From: Thermoleophilaceae bacterium
Lineage (GTDB): Bacteria > Actinomycetota > Thermoleophilia > Solirubrobacterales > Thermoleophilaceae
Direction: 5' to 3'
Assembly (NCBI GenBank): GCA_034663685.1
Contig: JAXDJC010000219.1
Location: 1 to 56,148 of the forward strand
DNA: 56,148 nucleotides
The notes under the pieces are model-generated. The model had not been told where the DNA came from. It made no database searches and saw only the letters and a list, made by a program, of their open reading frames with translations. The position numbers and the translations under genes were made by a program. Within the stretch, counting starts at the first letter, position 1, and every line of letters starts with the position of its first letter. Below are positions 52,377 to 56,148 of the stretch, one piece after another.

Positions 52377-52402
52377 GGCGCGCGCGTAGGATAATCGCGC
52401 CG
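52377..52402. promoter_or_regulatory. 26-bp divergent control region with back-to-back -10-like hexamers
   Basis: GGCGCGCGCGTAGGATAATCGCGCCG. Plus strand: TAGGAT/GATAAT, ending 7-10 nt before GTG 52403. Minus strand: TATCCT, 11 nt before ATG 52376. This is the only AT-rich patch locally. Confidence 0.35.
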
Positions 52403-53491
52403 GTGCACTCGCCGCTCCTGGCCGAAGACCGGCATGGCTTCGTCGACGAGGTGCGGCGATTCGCCTGCCACGAGCTGGTTGACCCCGCGCTGGTCGAGCG
52501 CGACGCCGCGGGCGAGTTCTGGGCCGAGGGCTGGCGGCGCTGTGGCGCGATGGGCCTGTGCGGCCTTCCCGTGCCGGAGGAGCTGGGCGGGGTGGGCGCC
52601 GACCGGGTGACCACGGCCGCCGCGCTCGAGGCGCTCGGCTACGGCTGCACCGATGCCGGTCTGGTCTTCTCCCTGAACGCGCACCTCTGGAGCGCGGTGG
52701 TGCCGATCTGGCGCTACGGGAGCGGCGAGCAGCGCGAGCGTTACCTGCGCAGGCTCTGCTCCGGCGAGTGGGTGGGCCTCCACGCGATGACCGAGCCGGA
52801 CTCCGGCAGCGACGCGTTCGCCCTGTCCACCGTCGCCGAGCGCGACGGCGACGGGTTCGTGCTGCGCGGGCGCAAGACGTTGATCACCAACACGCCGCTG
52901 GCGAAGCTCTACATCGTGTTCGCCCGCGCGCCCGGCACCGAGGGCGCGCTCGGGGTGAGCGGCTATCTCGTGGAGGCCGGCGCGGAGGGCGCGAGCGTGG
53001 AGCGGCCGGCGGAGAAGATGGGCCTGCGCACCTCGCCGATGGCCGACCTCGTACTCGACGACGTGCGGGTGGGGCCCGATGCGCTGCTCGGCAAGGCCGG
53101 CCGCGGCGCCTCGATCTTCGCCTCGTCGATGGAGTGGGAGCGGCTGCTGATCATGGCCGCGCAGCTCGGCGCGCTGGAGCACTCGCTCGAGGATGCCGCC
53201 GCGGCCGCGCGCAGCGGCGCGGAGGAGCCGCACCCGGACACGCTGGCGAACACGGGGGTGGCGCTGGCCGCGGCGCGAGCGCTGCTCTACGAGACGGCCG
53301 CCGCCTACGACGCGGGCGAGACGCGGCCCGGTCCCGCCGCCGCGGTCAAGCTGCTCGCCTCGGAGACGGTGCTGCGCGCCGCGATCGACCTCTCCGACGA
53401 CCGCCGCCTGCGCGACGCCGTCGGCGGCCGCCTCTACTCCGGTACCTCGCAGCTCATGCGCAGGCTGGTGGCGCGGGACATGGGGCTGTGA
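52403..53491 (+). CDS. Acyl-CoA dehydrogenase-family flavoprotein (predicted to act on a carrier-protein thioester)
   Basis: AMTEPDSGSD and LITNTPLA motifs. Glu in MEWERL at the isovaleryl-CoA-dehydrogenase-type base position. C-terminal YSGTS replaces YEGT. Confidence 0.9.
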   Translation: MHSPLLAEDRHGFVDEVRRFACHELVDPALVERDAAGEFWAEGWRRCGAMGLCGLPVPEELGGVGADRVTTAAALEALGYGCTDAGLVFSLNAHLWSAVVPIWRYGSGEQRERYLRRLCSGEWVGLHAMTEPDSGSDAFALSTVAERDGDGFVLRGRKTLITNTPLAKLYIVFARAPGTEGALGVSGYLVEAGAEGASVERPAEKMGLRTSPMADLVLDDVRVGPDALLGKAGRGASIFASSMEWERLLIMAAQLGALEHSLEDAAAAARSGAEEPHPDTLANTGVALAAARALLYETAAAYDAGETRPGPAAAVKLLASETVLRAAIDLSDDRRLRDAVGGRLYSGTSQLMRRLVARDMGL

Positions 53492-54987
53492 GCGCCGCCG
53501 CGTTCACGCTCGACGGGCTGCTCGCGCGCTCGGCCGAGCGGCTGGGCGACCGGCGCGCGCTGGTGGACCCGGACGGCTCGCTCACATACGCGGAGCTGGA
53601 GCTCGACGTGGCCCGCCGCGCCGCGGCACTGCGCGAGATCGGGGTGGAGCCGGGCGACCGCGTGGCGGTCTGGGCGCCCAAGTCGGCCCGCACGGTGGCC
53701 ACCGTCTACGCCGTGATGCGCACCGGCGCGGCGTACGTGCCGGTGGACCCGCTCTCGCCGGCGATGCGTGCGGAGGGGATCGTGCGCGACGCCGGCTGCC
53801 GCGTGCTGTGCGCGGACGCCAAGCGGCTCGACTCCGTGGAGGCCCCGGCGCGGCTCGACGTGGCGGCCGACGTGACCGCGCTCGATCCCCTGCACGCGCC
53901 GGTCGCCTGCGAGTCCGACCTCGCCTACATCCTCTACACGTCGGGCTCGACCGGCCGGCCCAAGGGCGTGATGCTGACCCACCGCAACGCGCTGGCCTTC
54001 GTGGAGTGGACCGTCGGGCGTTTCGGCGTCGGCGAGGAGGACCGGCTCTCGAGCCACGCGCCGTTCCACTTCGATCTGTCGATCTTCGACCTCTACGGCG
54101 CCTCCATGGCCGGCGCGTCGCTGCACCTGATGGCGCCCGGCGAGGAGGGGCTCGGCGCGAGCATGGCGGCCGGGATCGAGCGCGAGGGCATCAGCGTCTG
54201 GTACTCGGTGCCCTCGGCGCTCACGCTGCTGGCGGGCGCCGCAGACCCGGCGCAGCTCGAGAGCCTGCGCGTGGTGCTGTTCGCCGGCGAGGTCTTCCCG
54301 ATGAAGCACCTGCGGCGGCTCCGCGAGCTGGTGCCGGGCGCCACGCTGGCCAATCTCTACGGGCCGACCGAGACCAACGTCTGCACCTACCACGTGGCTG
54401 ACGAGCTGCCTGACGGCGACGAGCCGCTCCCGATCGGGCGGCCGTGCGAGAACCAGGAGGCGTTCGCGCTCGACGACGCGCTGCGGCCGGTTGCCGAGGG
54501 CGAGGTGGGCGAGCTGTGGGTGCGCGGGCCGACGGTAATGAAGGGCTACTGGGGCGACGCCGAGCTGACCGCCGAGCGGCTGCGCCAGAACCCGCTGGAC
54601 GACCGCTTCCCCGACCCGGCGTACCGCACGGGCGACGTCGTCCGGGTGCTGCCCGGCGGCGGCTTCGCATTCGTGGGGCGCCGCGACCACCAGGTCAAGA
54701 GCCGCGGCTACAGGATCGAGCTGGGCGAGATCGAGTCGGTGCTGCTCGCCCACCCGGGCGTGAGCGAGGCTGCCGTGGTGGCGGTGCCGGACGAGCGGAT
54801 CGGCAACCGGTTGATCGCGTTCGTGGCCGTCGGCGACGGGGTGGGGGAGACCGACCTACGCCGGCACTGCGCCGCCGCGTTGCCGCGCTACATGGTGCCC
54901 GCCTCGGTGGGGGTGGGCGGCGAGCTGCCCCATACCTCGACCGGCAAGATCGACCGGCAGGCGCTGGAGGAGCGCGCCGGCGGCTGA
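53488..54987 (+). CDS. Stand-alone NRPS-type adenylation enzyme (amino acid-AMP ligase)
   Basis: GTGA overlap with the upstream gene. Core motifs: LAYILYTSGSTGRPKGV, FHFDLSIFDLYG, NLYGPTETNV, GELWVRGPTVMKGYWG, YRTGD, GRRDHQVKSRGYRIELGEIE, STGKIDRQAL. Confidence 0.9.
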   Translation: MSAAAFTLDGLLARSAERLGDRRALVDPDGSLTYAELELDVARRAAALREIGVEPGDRVAVWAPKSARTVATVYAVMRTGAAYVPVDPLSPAMRAEGIVRDAGCRVLCADAKRLDSVEAPARLDVAADVTALDPLHAPVACESDLAYILYTSGSTGRPKGVMLTHRNALAFVEWTVGRFGVGEEDRLSSHAPFHFDLSIFDLYGASMAGASLHLMAPGEEGLGASMAAGIEREGISVWYSVPSALTLLAGAADPAQLESLRVVLFAGEVFPMKHLRRLRELVPGATLANLYGPTETNVCTYHVADELPDGDEPLPIGRPCENQEAFALDDALRPVAEGEVGELWVRGPTVMKGYWGDAELTAERLRQNPLDDRFPDPAYRTGDVVRVLPGGGFAFVGRRDHQVKSRGYRIELGEIESVLLAHPGVSEAAVVAVPDERIGNRLIAFVAVGDGVGETDLRRHCAAALPRYMVPASVGVGGELPHTSTGKIDRQALEERAGG

Positions 54988-55002
54988 CCCCGCCGCCCCG
55001 GC

Positions 55003-56148
55003 TCAGGCCGCCGGAGCGGGCGCCCGGCGCAGGTAGCCGACGGCCTCGCGCAGCAGCTCGCGCTCGGCCACCAGCGTGCCGGCCACGACCACCGCGGAGT
55101 AGGCGGCGGCCTCGGCGATCGCGCGTCCCGGCCCGCGGTGGCCGCCGGCGAGCGCCCGCTCCGCCAGGATCATCAGCGCGGCCGGCACCGTGGGCACGAT
55201 CGCGCGGGTCACGTGGCTGAGGATCTTCAGCCCGGGGAACAGGCGCAGCAGGTACGTGAGCCGCACCACCATCAGCGCCCCCGTGCCGGCGGCCAGCGCG
55301 ATCGCGTAGCCCACGAGGCCCCTGTCCAGCACGAGCGGGACGCCCGCCGCCACGAGCACCACCGCACCCACCACGGCTGCCACCGCGAGCGGCCGCGTCT
55401 CGCCCCGCGCGCGGGCGAAAGCCGTCCAGTTGAACCCGATCTGGTCGACGGCGGCGGTCACGCCGAGCACCTGAAGCAGCGGGATCGCGATCACCCAGGT
55501 GCTCCCGAACACGTGGCGGAGGATGTCCGAGGCGAACAGCGCGAGCCCGATGCCCGCGGGGAAGCCCCAGAGCAGGGCGAGCCGGTTGGACTTGGAGAAC
55601 GACTCGAAGAGCAGGTCGGTCCGATCCTTGACCGCACAGATCGCCGGGTAGAGGGTCTGCGTGACGATGTCGTCCACGCGCCGGGAGTAGTTCGAGATCG
55701 TCGTCGACAGCGAGATGGCGCCCACGGCGGCGGTGCCGATCGCGCGGGCCGCGGTGGTGATCAGCACCTGGCCGGTGAGCAGGCCGCTCACCGATCCGAC
55801 CCACAGCGGCCAGGAGAAGCTCGAGTACTCGGCCAGCGCGCCGCGCTCCCAGCGAAAGCGCAGCTTGTAGGGCGAGTTCCGCACCGTCACGGTCGCGCCG
55901 GTCACGCTCCCGGCCACGCCGCCGATCACGAGTGCCCAGACCCCGGCGCCGGCGGCGGCGAGCCCGACGGTCACCACGAACGAGACGATCAGCTCCCACG
56001 CCTGCAGCGCGCGCTGCTTGAGGAAGTCCATCCGCCTGTAGAAGACCCAGATCGGCGTGTGCAGCGCCAGCAGCGGGAAGGTGAGGCTGAGCACGATGCC
56101 CGGCACGAGGATCCGGGGCTCGTCGTAGAGCATCGCGAACAGCGGGAT
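55003..56148 (-). CDS. Oligosaccharide/polysaccharide flippase (Wzx, MOP superfamily); the N-terminus lies beyond the window end
   Basis: The frame is open to the window edge. Multi-TM with a Wzx-like C-terminal half. Confidence 0.8.
   Translation of the reverse strand: MPLFAMLYDEPRILVPGIVLSLTFPLLALHTPIWVFYRRMDFLKQRALQAWELIVSFVVTVGLAAAGAGVWALVIGGVAGSVTGATVTVRNSPYKLRFRWERGALAEYSSFSWPLWVGSVSGLLTGQVLITTAARAIGTAAVGAISLSTTISNYSRRVDDIVTQTLYPAICAVKDRTDLLFESFSKSNRLALLWGFPAGIGLALFASDILRHVFGSTWVIAIPLLQVLGVTAAVDQIGFNWTAFARARGETRPLAVAAVVGAVVLVAAGVPLVLDRGLVGYAIALAAGTGALMVVRLTYLLRLFPGLKILSHVTRAIVPTVPAALMILAERALAGGHRGPGRAIAEAAAYSAVVVAGTLVAERELLREAVGYLRRAPAPAA

Noticed and set aside
53488-54987. Reading the adenylase and carrier protein as a DltA/DltC D-alanylation system.
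   Set aside because: The FDLS-type A4 motif and the stand-alone architecture are also DltA-like. However, the window has no DltB (MBOAT) or DltD. The adenylase is translationally coupled to an acyl-CoA-dehydrogenase-family protein, which D-alanylation does not need. This is kept only as the main alternative, to be excluded by a specificity test.
1-56148. Scan by eye for CRISPR arrays, rRNA or tRNA genes, riboswitch-like long leaders and long tandem repeats.
   Set aside because: No spaced direct-repeat arrays, no cloverleaf-like or rRNA-like non-coding stretches and no intergenic region longer than about 120 nt were seen. The only repeats found are the IS termini and TSD, and short codon-level Gly/Ala repeats inside genes.

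Overview
Very high-GC chromosomal segment, probably a Gram-positive Actinomycetota lineage (Thermoleophilia- or Rubrobacteria-like; this is inference only). All calls come from reading the supplied translations and the DNA by eye; no database search was run. Most long Arg/Pro/Ala-rich ORFs in the track are high-GC shadow frames and were discarded. Layout: (1) 1-7.06 kb housekeeping: GH92 mannosidase 3' part, two Tat-type ferritin-like proteins, a MaoC dehydratase pair, and hrcA-dnaJ-prmA. (2) 7.06-9.85 kb: a complete 2.78-kb IS1595-family element with 26-bp terminal inverted repeats and an 8-bp target duplication. It carries four cargo ORFs of unknown function and sits in the hairpin just after prmA. 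(3) 9.9-18.1 kb: K+/H+ antiporter, heptose-nucleotide genes (hddA-gmhA-gmhB), a HAD hydrolase, yqeY-phoH-ybeY-era and a crotonase. (4) 18.1 kb to the window end: a cell-envelope glycan locus of at least 38 kb. It holds 7 GT2 genes plus 1 remnant, 3 GT4, 4 GT-C-like membrane proteins, Wzx/Wzy/Wzz, 4 methyltransferases, a carbamoyltransferase, an SGNH-like protein and an LbH acyltransferase. Two embedded modules look most novel. One is an NRPS-type adenylase, acyl-CoA-dehydrogenase-like flavoprotein and carrier-protein trio (52.1-55.0 kb) that resembles prolyl-carrier-protein oxidation (pyrrole-forming) cassettes. The other is a 118-aa LPXTG-anchored protein whose N-terminus matches the lasso-peptide leader motif, encoded with a PF14907-like nucleotidyltransferase and a HEAT-repeat protein (19.0-21.6 kb). 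No rRNA, tRNA or CRISPR was seen.
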